DNA of 62,857 nt from Bacteroidales bacterium (GTDB lineage: Bacteria; Bacteroidota; Bacteroidia; Bacteroidales; CAIWKO01), in contig DAOORA010000021.1 in the NCBI GenBank assembly GCA_035389045.1, positions 1 through 62,857 on the forward strand. The letters run 5' to 3'. Below the pieces are notes generated by a model. The model did not search any database, was not told the DNA's origin, and worked only from the letters and a program-made list of their open reading frames with translations. This document shows, piece by piece, positions 33,442 to 43,229 of the stretch. A program made the position numbers and the translations under genes. Each line of letters starts with the position of its first letter. The first letter of the stretch is position 1.

Positions 33442-33670
33442 ATTTTGGCTTTTAACCGTATTTTATTTCAAATGTAACAAAAATATCAATACCACACCAG
33501 CATCTGTTACCCGGAAAGTTGATTTTACCTGTTTTATTCATTTATTAGACCACGTCTGATTGTAAATCCTTTAATGCTATAAGTCCGTGATCTGAGGTGA
33601 TAACGAGTCATTTTACTAAATCATGTTTTATTGCCCCCGGGTTCATAAATTTTCAAAGCGGAATCTATTT

Positions 33671-34405
33671 TCAATTTCCTTTCCGGCCTTCTTTTTTGCC
33701 AATTTGCATCCAGTGCAAAACAGCAGCCTTGAAATTTTCAGCTCCCAATGATTTTCTCAGGTCTTCATGATTATATAAATATTTTGCTGAATTGAAATAT
33801 TCAGTACTGTCGCGGCCTTCATCAATGCCTTTGTCAAGCCAGTGAAAAAAAGCGCCGGCATAAGATCCCCTCACCGACAATTTTACATCGTTGTTGTTCG
33901 TAAGGTAAAAGGACGGGTTAAACGGAATATCGGACACATAATCATAGGATTCTTTTTCCAGTGGCATATTGTAATAACCATATTCCATAAATTGTTCGCC
34001 ATATCGGGCTGCGAATCGAAATTCGCCGAGTTCCCTGATTTGCCGGACATGGTTCAGTTCATGAACAAGCAACTTTATTTCTTCATAATTGTACAGGTCA
34101 CTTTCCTTCAGGTAAATGCTCCAACCCAAAGTCATACCTTCAGTTTGTTTTGAATTTTTGAACCAATTAGCAGGTAAAGTGGCGTTTTTAATTATACGAA
34201 CCCTGCTTAAATCGAGTGACGGAAAGAGAAAACTGATTTTTTTCTCCGTGTCAGGATAAATAGGACAGCGCCTTTTGTTATGATTAATTATTTTTGCCAT
34301 TGCCTTAGTTGCAAAATACACAGTAATACCAACGAATCTGTAAATTAACTTTTTGAAGGAATTCGCAGCGGCCATAAAACTGTATTTTTTATATCCTACG
34401 GGCAT
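33671..34405 (-). CDS. DUF4157-like HExxH protein with two C-terminal F..YL..N.D...HW...G..EGR repeats
   Basis: GMTLGWSIY, LVHELNHVRQ, YYNMPLEKESY; repeats FNPSFYLTNNNDV...HWLDKGIDEGR and FNSAKYLYNHEDL...HWMQIGKKEGR. Confidence 0.7.
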   Translation of the reverse strand: MPVGYKKYSFMAAANSFKKLIYRFVGITVYFATKAMAKIINHNKRRCPIYPDTEKKISFLFPSLDLSRVRIIKNATLPANWFKNSKQTEGMTLGWSIYLKESDLYNYEEIKLLVHELNHVRQIRELGEFRFAARYGEQFMEYGYYNMPLEKESYDYVSDIPFNPSFYLTNNNDVKLSVRGSYAGAFFHWLDKGIDEGRDSTEYFNSAKYLYNHEDLRKSLGAENFKAAVLHWMQIGKKEGRKGN

Positions 34406-34550
34406 TAGCAGTTCAGACCATTACTTTTGCTGGATTCATTTTACGTAGGTTTAGCAAATTTAATCATTTGTTTTTACATACAATTATATCAACCGTAAAA
34501 AAGGTTAAATCTTTTTGGAGGAGCCAAACTATTCAATGTTTATCAATTTA

Positions 34551-34710
34551 GAAATTGTTTTGATTTTATCTTTTCACATCTTTATGCGTCTTTTTTGCTG
34601 CAACTTCGTTAGATTTTGCAGACATAGGATAAACTATGTCTGCAAAATCTGCCTCGTTTCGCTAAAAAATCCATCATAAATCTTATGTAACATAAAATCA
34701 AAATAGTTTC
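34551..34710 (+). mobile_element. ~160-bp MITE-like palindromic element
   Basis: TIRs GAAATTGTTTTGATTTTAT / ATAAAATCAAAATAGTTTC; TTA on both sides; central 17-bp perfect hairpin. Confidence 0.85.
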
Positions 34711-35120
34711 TTAAAAAATATACTTTTTTTCTATCGGAATAACCCTGTCTGAATGTAAGCAGGCGGGCAAAGTATGATATGGCTCTGCATCAGTGTTAGA
34801 TCCGTCAAAGCGGAATCTGCAGGCATAGATTATCCGGAATTTCTCTTTGGTATTGTTTTTTTTGACGTCGCAAATGGCCGGTGCAGACCACCGCAACCTT
34901 TGTAAAAATCATGATACGTTTGAACCATGAGGTACAGGGTACCGAAATATGGCGCTCCTGATTATGGCAGACCTATGCGCATTGATGTGTACATCTTGTT
35001 TACACATCCGGAAAAACAGGCATTGTTACCTGGCATTAATAGACATTACTGACGAATACAATTGCCATGAGTACCGTGCCCGAACATCTTTTTTGTGATG
35101 GGATAGAAAAGAGTATGTTA

Positions 35121-35186
35121 CGGTGCGCTGCACCTTACTTTTATAAGGTGCAGCAATGCTTACAAATAGCTCGGGGCGCTGCCCCT
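35121..35186. repeat. REP-like GC-rich palindrome cluster
   Basis: CGGTGCGCTGCACCT, AGGTGCAGC and CGGGGCGCTGCCCCT in an AT-rich intergenic region. Confidence 0.6.
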
Positions 35187-35416
35187 GTTAACGTTTATTT
35201 CCTATGGTATGTCTGAAGAAAACGCTGTCATTTTTCTAAACTCAAAGTAACATTTTTCTCAATCACCACCTCAAAAAATGAAAATACCGTAAAAAATTCA
35301 CATTGCAGGCGGATATTCCTGACCCTGTCTGCTGAAAAAAGACAATTTGTTAAGGATTTCCGCGATACCATGAAAACATATCGGCACAAAATTCTAAATT
35401 TGCCAAAAAAAAAGTT

Positions 35417-36280
35417 ATGCTCAAAAAACTCTTGTTACTTACATCCATACTGTCTTTTGGTTGTTTTTGTTTTGCTCAGCGTAATTCATTATTATGGCAG
35501 GTGTCCGGCAATGGATTATCGCAAAATTCTTATATATTCGGCACTATACATATGATAAAAAAGCAGGATTTCTTTATTTCGGATGTGGTAAAAGAAAAAC
35601 TTTCTGGTTGTCAGAGTTTTATCACGGAAATAGACATGAATATCCCAATTACTCAGCAGCTTGAAATAGCAAAGAAGATGTACCTGCCGGAAGGAAAAAC
35701 TCTGAAGGACTACCTGACAGAGGATGAATTTCAGCGTTTCCGCTCCATTATGATTGATACCCTGCAAATAAAAAAACAGAAGTTTGAAAAGTACATCCGT
35801 CTGAAACCATTTTTTTTAAGCGCTGTTGTTTCTAAACATATCGCAGGCAAGGTAAAAGCTTACGAAAGAGAATTGTATAAAATTGCAAAAAACAAAGGAA
35901 TTCCATCCGACGGGCTTGAGTCATTTGATCTTCAGTTTTCGCTGGTTGATGCCCAACCTTTGGATGAACAGGCAAAATCGCTGGTAACGGAATTGAATGA
36001 CTACAAGAAAGCCAAACAGCAGCTTGATGATATGATTGCAGCCTATAAGCAGCAGGATCTTGATAAATTATATGAATATGTAGTGAAAGAAGCCGGGTAC
36101 GACAGTGAGTTCAGCGAGAATTTCATCTTCAAGCGTAACCAGGCCTGGATCCTGCTTATTGAAGAAAAAATAAAAAACCGCAGTTGTTTCATTGCCGTTG
36201 GTTCGGCACATCTGCCCGGCAGCAACGGTGTTCTGAACCTGCTCGAACAGAAAGGGTATACCATAACGGCAATAAAATAA
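35417..36280 (+). CDS. TraB/GumN family protein
   Basis: SLLWQVSGNG..SYIFGTIH, GLES, RNQAW, FIAVGSAHL.G..GVL.LL. Confidence 0.93.
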   Translation: MLKKLLLLTSILSFGCFCFAQRNSLLWQVSGNGLSQNSYIFGTIHMIKKQDFFISDVVKEKLSGCQSFITEIDMNIPITQQLEIAKKMYLPEGKTLKDYLTEDEFQRFRSIMIDTLQIKKQKFEKYIRLKPFFLSAVVSKHIAGKVKAYERELYKIAKNKGIPSDGLESFDLQFSLVDAQPLDEQAKSLVTELNDYKKAKQQLDDMIAAYKQQDLDKLYEYVVKEAGYDSEFSENFIFKRNQAWILLIEEKIKNRSCFIAVGSAHLPGSNGVLNLLEQKGYTITAIK

Positions 36281-36356
36281 ATTTCATTTCTGTTTCAGCA
36301 ATATTTTTTTAAATAAATTTGTTTGCTGATTTGCCCGGATAATACATAAATACACA

Positions 36357-37280
36357 TTGGATATAATAAGCAGAAATAGTATGCAAAAGACCGCCTTGCA
36401 GCGAAAAAAGGTACAGACAGCCAGCCTGTCCATATTTTCCAATATTTTTCTTATCATACTCAAAATTACGGTGGGCCTGATAAGTGGTTCTGTCAGCATC
36501 ATTTCTGAAGCCATACATTCAGGTATGGATCTGATAGCTGCTATCATAGCTTTTTTTTCAGTCAGGATATCCGGAATGCCCCCGGATAAAAACCATCAGT
36601 ACGGGCATGGTAAATTCGAAAATGTCTCTGGTGTTATTGAGGCTATACTGATCTTTATCGCTGCCGGATGGATAATCATTGAAGCCATCAAAAAAATCAT
36701 GGAACCTTCTCTTCCTGAGTCTCTCGGAATGGGTACAATAGTTATGGGCATTTCTGCCCTGGTAAATTTTATTGTTTCTCAGCGCTTATACAAGGTGGGC
36801 AAAGAAACAGATTCTGTTGCCCTGGAAGCAGACGGGCTGCATCTGCGTACAGATGTTTTTACTTCGCTGGGTGTCGCTGTCGGACTTTGTCTGATCTGGG
36901 TGACCAAAATAGCCATCCTCGACCCGATAGTGGCTATTCTTGTTGCATGTCTCATATTAAGAGAATCATTTATTTTGCTCAAAAAAGCCTATAGTCCGCT
37001 GTTGGATACTCCTTTACCGGAAAAAGAGATCAGTATTATTGAAAGCCTGATCAGCAAGCACCTCAAACCGGGAATGAACTATCACATGTTACGTTCCCGT
37101 AAGGCTGGCGCAAGATGTTACGTTGATCTTCACCTGGAAGTTCCGGGCGATATATCTGTTAACGAATCGCACCAGTTATGCGATGTTATCGAAAAAGATA
37201 TCGGGCATGAACTCAATAATATTGAAGTCTATATTCATATTGAGCCCAACGATTTTGACCAGAAAGAAGAAGAACTTTAG
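36357..37280 (+). CDS. Cation diffusion facilitator family transporter
   Basis: SEAIHSGMD, PPD.NH.YGHGKFE, ADGLHLRTD, IHIEP; real start may be ATG 36381. Confidence 0.95.
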   Translation: MDIISRNSMQKTALQRKKVQTASLSIFSNIFLIILKITVGLISGSVSIISEAIHSGMDLIAAIIAFFSVRISGMPPDKNHQYGHGKFENVSGVIEAILIFIAAGWIIIEAIKKIMEPSLPESLGMGTIVMGISALVNFIVSQRLYKVGKETDSVALEADGLHLRTDVFTSLGVAVGLCLIWVTKIAILDPIVAILVACLILRESFILLKKAYSPLLDTPLPEKEISIIESLISKHLKPGMNYHMLRSRKAGARCYVDLHLEVPGDISVNESHQLCDVIEKDIGHELNNIEVYIHIEPNDFDQKEEEL

Positions 37281-37438
37281 AAATTGTTTTGATTTTATCT
37301 TTTCATATCTTTAGGCGTCTTTTTTGCTGCAACTTCGTTAGATTTTTCGACATAGGATAAACTATGTCTGCAAAATCTGCCTCGTTTCGCTAAAAAATCC
37401 ATCATAAATCTTTTGTAACATAAAGTCAAAACAGTTTC
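37280..37438 (+). mobile_element. MITE-like palindromic element between convergent stop codons
   Basis: Near-identical to 34551-34710; flanked by TTA at 37277-79 and 37439-41. Confidence 0.85.
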
Positions 37439-38791
37439 TTAGTTTTCTGAACTTCTGAAAGTTTTCGTAACTATTTTATGTTTCCACTTTCCGCTTAAAT
37501 AATAAATACCGGAGGCGATCATTCCGAAAGTCCAGGCGATAGGTATGCTCCACCAGATACCGTCGGGGCCATAAATCCTTGATAAAAAATAGGCAATGGG
37601 CAGTCGCAGTATTACCAGCGATATCAAGGTAAATAGCATCGGAACCAGGGTGTCTCCCGCACCCCGGATGACACCCTGAATGACCAGCATGGTGGAAAAA
37701 ACCAGGTAAAATGAACAGACTATTATAAGATACGAATGCCCGGTATTGATAACATTCACATCCTGATTAAACAAGGATATCAACTGTGAACCGAAAAATA
37801 TGGCAATAAAGGTTGTGGCGACAGAAAATACAGATGTCATAAGTAATGTGGTTATCAGACCTTTACGGACACGGTCTAATTTTCGGGCGCCGATATTTTG
37901 TCCCACAAATGCTGATAACGCCATGGAAAAATTCATGGCAGGCTGCATGGCAAAAGAATCTATTCTTCCGGCAACAATATATGCGGCAATGGTCTCTGTG
38001 CCAAAACCATTGACTATACTTTGCAAAACCACCATGCCGACGGCAATAAAAGTCTGCTGTAATCCGGCTGGAATCCCTATCTTAAGGCTCTGAAAAAAAA
38101 TTGTCTTATCAAACCGGATATTCGTAAAGGAAAAATTCAGCACCTTATTAAATCTGTTAAGGTATATAACCGCAAGAATGAAAGCTACTCCCTGTGCAAT
38201 CAGGGTTGCCACTGCCGAACCTTTTATTCCCCATTTAAAAACCCCGACAAAAAGAACCACCAGAATTATGTTCAGCAAGGTAGCAACAATCAGAAAATAT
38301 AATGGGGTTTTTGAGTCGCCCAGACCTCTTAAGATTGAACTTATTGCATTGTATCCAAAAGCCAAAAATATACCGCATATTATTATATTGAAATAAGATA
38401 CCGCATCGGCAAGTATGGCATCGGGCAATCCCATCAGTCTGAAAATTGCTTTGCTGAAGATCAAACCCACCACTGTGATGATGACCGAGGCATAAATTAA
38501 AAATATCAGCAGGCTGTCGATGGCTTTTTTTACATTCCGGTAATCTTTTGCCCCGTAAAACTGTGAAATGATAATGGTTGAACCCATTGATACTCCTATT
38601 ATAAGCGATATAAGGACGAAAATCACGGGAAATGATGCTCCGACAGCAGCCAGCGCCTCCTTACCGATGTAATTTCCTACAATTATACTGTCGACGATGT
38701 TGTAAAGCTGCTGAAATATGTTTCCGAACAACATGGGAAGTGCAAAATAAAAAATCACCCTGCTTTCATTACCGACTGTGAGGTCCTTCAT
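37439..38791 (-). CDS. MATE family efflux transporter
   Basis: GNIFQQLYNIVDSIIVG, LRGLGDSKTPL, VGQNIGA. Confidence 0.95.
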   Translation of the reverse strand: MKDLTVGNESRVIFYFALPMLFGNIFQQLYNIVDSIIVGNYIGKEALAAVGASFPVIFVLISLIIGVSMGSTIIISQFYGAKDYRNVKKAIDSLLIFLIYASVIITVVGLIFSKAIFRLMGLPDAILADAVSYFNIIICGIFLAFGYNAISSILRGLGDSKTPLYFLIVATLLNIILVVLFVGVFKWGIKGSAVATLIAQGVAFILAVIYLNRFNKVLNFSFTNIRFDKTIFFQSLKIGIPAGLQQTFIAVGMVVLQSIVNGFGTETIAAYIVAGRIDSFAMQPAMNFSMALSAFVGQNIGARKLDRVRKGLITTLLMTSVFSVATTFIAIFFGSQLISLFNQDVNVINTGHSYLIIVCSFYLVFSTMLVIQGVIRGAGDTLVPMLFTLISLVILRLPIAYFLSRIYGPDGIWWSIPIAWTFGMIASGIYYLSGKWKHKIVTKTFRSSEN

Positions 38792-38876
38792 TACCTGTTT
38801 GATTTGGAGTGCAAAGATAATATTTTGAGCTGGCGGAACATAACACCTGAAACTTTCAAAGAATTATCCATACTAA

Positions 38877-39035
38877 GAAATTGTTTTTGATTTTATCTTT
38901 TCATATCTTTATGCGTTTTTTTGCTGCAACTTCGTTAGATTTTTCGACATAGGATAAACTATGTCTGCAAAATCTGCCTCGTTTCGCTAAAAAATCCATC
39001 ATAAATCTTATGTAACATAAAATCAAAACAGTTTC
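38877..39035 (+). mobile_element. MITE-like palindromic element
   Basis: Near-identical to the other copies; flanks TAA / AAA. Confidence 0.85.
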
Positions 39036-39090
39036 AAATGCTATTTTTTTTATTTTTGCATAAATTATTAATTCATAAAAATTACTTATC

Positions 39091-40203
39091 ATGAAAAAAC
39101 TTTTATTCATTGTATTTATTTTCTGCATTTCAATCGGTTATGCACAAACACCCATTACCTTAGATATTAATGACCTTGCCACACCAGTAAAGACTTATGA
39201 TGTTCGGAATGACACTGCCGTTGATCCGATGATCACTCCCGGTAATCACGGCGCCAACGTTACATGGAATTTTCAGTCGCTTCATGCCAATCATGACACT
39301 ATTAAAGTAAAAGTGGTATCGCCATCAATAATTCCGGCTCATACTTTTTTTCCGGCTGCCAATCTGGCCATAATTTACGACAGTGCGGTCAATATGTATT
39401 TTTTTAACCGTTCTGCTGCTGGCCTGGTATTGCATGGCACCATTTATGACTTCTTCAATTCAGACGATTCGATCCGTGTAACGCTCACCACGCCGGATAC
39501 GGTTCTTGCACTGCCCGGTGTATATGGTGATTCTGCATACAGATACAGCTTTGGGGATACCAAATCGCGCTGCAGTTATTATTATGACACCAACTTCAAT
39601 GGATTTCCTGTTTCTGTGCCTATTGATACGGTGCGTATCAAGCACAGCCAATACAAAACTGATGTTATCGACTCATGGGGCACTATGAACACGCCCACCA
39701 GCAGTTTTCCGGCCTTACGACAAAAAAATACCACTTACAGCACCGATTCCATCTGGGGTTATGCTAATGTCCCGGCTCCTTATCAGAGTTATTCCGGCTG
39801 GTATTTCCTTATTTCGCGGAAGGATACCACACTCATGTATACCTGGTGGACGAAAAACTTCGGTTATCCTGCCTTAAAAATGACAATGGTGCCTCATTAT
39901 CCCAATGTAGCCTTTAATGTCGAATGGGCACACGATGTACCTACCGTCGGCATAGAAGAAAATGAATGGATGAACACGGCCGTATTTCCGAACCCTGCAA
40001 CAGATTATATTACAATATCCAATATCGGAGGTTTTTCCGAACTGGTGATCTATGGTGCCGCGGGTAATGAAATTTCAAGGCAAAACATTAAAAACAATGA
40101 TTTGGTGAAGGTTTCCGTTCAGCACCTTGCCAACGGGCTTTATTTTTATAATGCCGTGAATGCCGGTAAAAAAACCAGCGGGAAATTTGTTGTAAAACAT
40201 TAA
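39091..40203 (+). CDS. T9SS type A sorting domain protein
   Basis: Signal peptide, GANVTWNF, DSWGTMNTP, C-terminal VFPNPA...LANGLYFY. Confidence 0.85.
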   Translation: MKKLLFIVFIFCISIGYAQTPITLDINDLATPVKTYDVRNDTAVDPMITPGNHGANVTWNFQSLHANHDTIKVKVVSPSIIPAHTFFPAANLAIIYDSAVNMYFFNRSAAGLVLHGTIYDFFNSDDSIRVTLTTPDTVLALPGVYGDSAYRYSFGDTKSRCSYYYDTNFNGFPVSVPIDTVRIKHSQYKTDVIDSWGTMNTPTSSFPALRQKNTTYSTDSIWGYANVPAPYQSYSGWYFLISRKDTTLMYTWWTKNFGYPALKMTMVPHYPNVAFNVEWAHDVPTVGIEENEWMNTAVFPNPATDYITISNIGGFSELVIYGAAGNEISRQNIKNNDLVKVSVQHLANGLYFYNAVNAGKKTSGKFVVKH

Positions 40204-40222
40204 TCGAGGAATTTTTTTTTAA

Positions 40223-40256
40223 TAAAAGCCGGCATAATTCATATACCGGCTTTTTT
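40223..40256. terminator. Bidirectional terminator
   Basis: AAAAGCCGG...CCGGCTTTTTT between convergent genes. Confidence 0.75.
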
Positions 40257-40258
40257 AT

Positions 40259-41482
40259 TTATTTTTCTGACTGTTTCCAGACCCTGGTGTTGATATCGTA
40301 TACATACTCTTTAATGTTTTTGCTTTTATTTTTCATCAGACTGCGGGAATCATTTACATAAAGCATCATTTTCTGAAAAGAAGCCGTATCAGGGACGCCG
40401 GTTCTATTTTCAAACTGAGAAACAGGGAGGATATAAAATTTTGTTTTGCCATTTTCCCTGGGGGTATAAACCCAATTGAGGTAATAACCGCAGTCAGCGA
40501 TACTTACTTTATTGTTGCGCTTTACAAGGTCAATTTTCACCATCATGCCGCCATCACGATAACGGGTACGCTGATTTGAAATGTAATTTCCGAGTGAATA
40601 AGCAATAAATACCTCTCTTCCATTGCTATCCGGATAATTCATCCGTTCGATTTTCTGAATCACATGCGGGTGCATGCCAATGATAATATCAGCTCCGTTA
40701 TCAAAGCATAGTTTGGCATAGTACTCCTGATACTGGTTAGGGTTAGATATATACTCATCACCCCAGTGTATGAACACAATGGTCTTATCTGGCAGAGAAT
40801 CTTTGGCCCGCTTCAGGTCGGTTTTGATCTGTTCTTCGCTTATTAAATTTACGATATTAGGGGCAGGGACAGAAATTCCGTTGGTACCATACGTATAATT
40901 CAGTAAGGCAAGCTTTATACCGTTTTTCCTGATGATCAACGGATAAGAGTTTGCTCTGCTTGCCGAATCAACATAAGTGCCCAGATGTTTCAACCCCATA
41001 CTGTCGAGGACATGAATGGTACGTTCGATACCTTGTTTCCCCCGGTCGCAGGAATGATTATTAGCTGTAGAAACAAGATCAAAACCGGCATACAGCAAAG
41101 CATTCACTATCTGGTCGGGAGCGCTGAACTGAGGATAGCCTTCATAAGGTTTCCCTCCAAGAGTAAATTCAAAATTGGCCATTGCCAGATCATTATCCAT
41201 TAAAATAGGTGCCACAAATTTAAAACAAGAATCATAATGATATGTTTGTAATGAATCATCCCATGCCGCATCAATCTGCGGCTTATGTTGCATGATATCC
41301 CCGGCAAAAATTATCGATAACACCGAGTCCTGCACATAATATGGTTCTTTGATGGTCTGATAGCTGCTGTTTTTTGAAAAAACAAAAAAACCTAAGTAAA
41401 ATACAAGGGATATAATAAGGTATTTAGAAAGCATTTTCATCACTGAGAAAGTTTTTTGGGGATTAAAGAAATTCCTGAACAT
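40259..41482 (-). CDS. CapA (PGA_cap) family metallophosphoesterase-like protein
   Basis: FAGDIM, ANFE, TANNHSCD, HWGDEY, IIGMHPHV, YSLGNYIS. Confidence 0.92.
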   Translation of the reverse strand: MFRNFFNPQKTFSVMKMLSKYLIISLVFYLGFFVFSKNSSYQTIKEPYYVQDSVLSIIFAGDIMQHKPQIDAAWDDSLQTYHYDSCFKFVAPILMDNDLAMANFEFTLGGKPYEGYPQFSAPDQIVNALLYAGFDLVSTANNHSCDRGKQGIERTIHVLDSMGLKHLGTYVDSASRANSYPLIIRKNGIKLALLNYTYGTNGISVPAPNIVNLISEEQIKTDLKRAKDSLPDKTIVFIHWGDEYISNPNQYQEYYAKLCFDNGADIIIGMHPHVIQKIERMNYPDSNGREVFIAYSLGNYISNQRTRYRDGGMMVKIDLVKRNNKVSIADCGYYLNWVYTPRENGKTKFYILPVSQFENRTGVPDTASFQKMMLYVNDSRSLMKNKSKNIKEYVYDINTRVWKQSEK

Positions 41483-41711
41483 AATATTTGTCGCTGGAGT
41501 TGTTTTCGGGTTTGCAGTATACGGTTTTTGTTCCCGCAGGTTTCACTACAAGACCAATATCGCTATGGCACAGGTGCATGATTATAAACTTTTCTTTGGT
41601 GATGACAGAATATTTTTCTCTTTTTCCTTGTTTCTGCACGATCCGCCGTGTCGGACACAATGCGATTGTAAATAACCAATCATTAATTGATCCTGCTTGA
41701 AATACAAATAA

Positions 41712-43040
41712 TTAAATAATCTTTCCTTTCCATTTACCTTTTTTCAGATAGAGATAAGAAAAGACAAACAGCAATACGAAATACTGGATTTCCGTCAGCC
41801 AGGCGATCTCGAGCGGCATATTCATGACCAGGATCACAAAATAAACAAACAGGAGGTAAAACACTGTTCCGATAAGTTCAATGACCATGCTGACCCTTGT
41901 CCTGCCAGTACCAATGACTCCGCTGAAAAAATTCATGGTCAGTGAAAAAATAACCAGGGCGACCATTACCACATAAAATGAATTCATGCTTTCGCTAATC
42001 AGGAGTGCATCGTTGGTATATAAAGAAAACAATTGATGCCTGAACATGACTGCCGGGATTACCAGTACCAGAATAGAAAAAAAGCACAACAGGGTGATCT
42101 TTTTTATCAGCGGTATCACATTTCCGGTATATCCTTTTCCGATGATGTTGCTGACCAAGGTGCTTGTTGCGGAGCCAAAAGCCCATCCCGGTATCATCAG
42201 AAACAGATATATGCTGCGTACGATATTGGTGATTGCCAGTTGATGAGGCCCCCGGTGCTCTATTACAAGAAAAAATACGAACCACGAAGCTAGTGATACC
42301 ACATGCTGAAGGATGATAAAACCGGAAACATCCAGGATGTTGCGGATCTCACTGAAGTTATATTTTTTTCGCCGGAACAGATGATACTTTTTCAGGTCAA
42401 TATATTTGAAGGTTACGGCAACATAGAACAGCGCTGAAGCAAATTCTGCGATCACGGTAGCAACGGCAGCACCGACAATACCCATATGCGGAAAACCGAA
42501 TTTGCCGAAGATCAGCAGATAGGCAAAGATCACATTTACTACGGCTATCACCAATGAGTTTGCAAGCAAAAACTTTGTTCTGAAAAGACCTGTGTAGAAA
42601 GCCCTGAAAGCACAGCCCAGGTAAGTAAAAAAGATGCCCAACAACCTGTATCTTACATATAGCTGTGTTTGTTCAAATACTTCGCCTGAAGACAGTATTC
42701 TGCTAAATACCGGAGAAAACAACAGTTGGGCCACCACAAAAACAACTAAGGCTGCAGCCATCAAAAATATCACACTGATCTCGAAGACGCTGCCGACCTG
42801 TTCATATTTTTTTTCACCCAGCCGCCGTGAAATAATGATTTGCGTGCCAATGCTAAACCCCAGGCCGATAATAAACAGTAGTACATAAAAAGTTCCTCCG
42901 ATTGCTGCGGCGCCCAGTTCTGCCTCTCCGATGCGTGCCAGGAAAACAGTATCGGTAACATTGATGATGTTTTCGGCAAAAAGTCCCAGGATAATGGGAT
43001 AGGTAAGCGCCCAGATGGCTTTATTTGAAGGGAGTTTCAA
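41712..43040 (-). CDS. MATE family efflux transporter
   Basis: PIILG..ENIINVTDTVF, FGFPHMGIVGAAVAT, ~12 TM. Confidence 0.92.
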   Translation of the reverse strand: MKLPSNKAIWALTYPIILGLFAENIINVTDTVFLARIGEAELGAAAIGGTFYVLLFIIGLGFSIGTQIIISRRLGEKKYEQVGSVFEISVIFLMAAALVVFVVAQLLFSPVFSRILSSGEVFEQTQLYVRYRLLGIFFTYLGCAFRAFYTGLFRTKFLLANSLVIAVVNVIFAYLLIFGKFGFPHMGIVGAAVATVIAEFASALFYVAVTFKYIDLKKYHLFRRKKYNFSEIRNILDVSGFIILQHVVSLASWFVFFLVIEHRGPHQLAITNIVRSIYLFLMIPGWAFGSATSTLVSNIIGKGYTGNVIPLIKKITLLCFFSILVLVIPAVMFRHQLFSLYTNDALLISESMNSFYVVMVALVIFSLTMNFFSGVIGTGRTRVSMVIELIGTVFYLLFVYFVILVMNMPLEIAWLTEIQYFVLLFVFSYLYLKKGKWKGKII

Positions 43041-43229
43041 ACTAATTTTTTTGCAAAGTTAAACATTTGATTCAGTTCTGGGGCAGCGCAAAGGACATAT
43101 GCCGATGTGCAGATTCCGGACTGGTCTGCCTACATCGTTCCATATCTGCAGGTAAATCGTTTTATGGTATTATTATAACCAAAAAACAATATGTTTCTCT
43201 ATCTGAAGTCCCGAAATTGTGCAGGATGG

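Noticed and set aside
38901..39128. 75-aa ORF
   Set aside because: Antisense reading of the MITE-like element and the next gene start.
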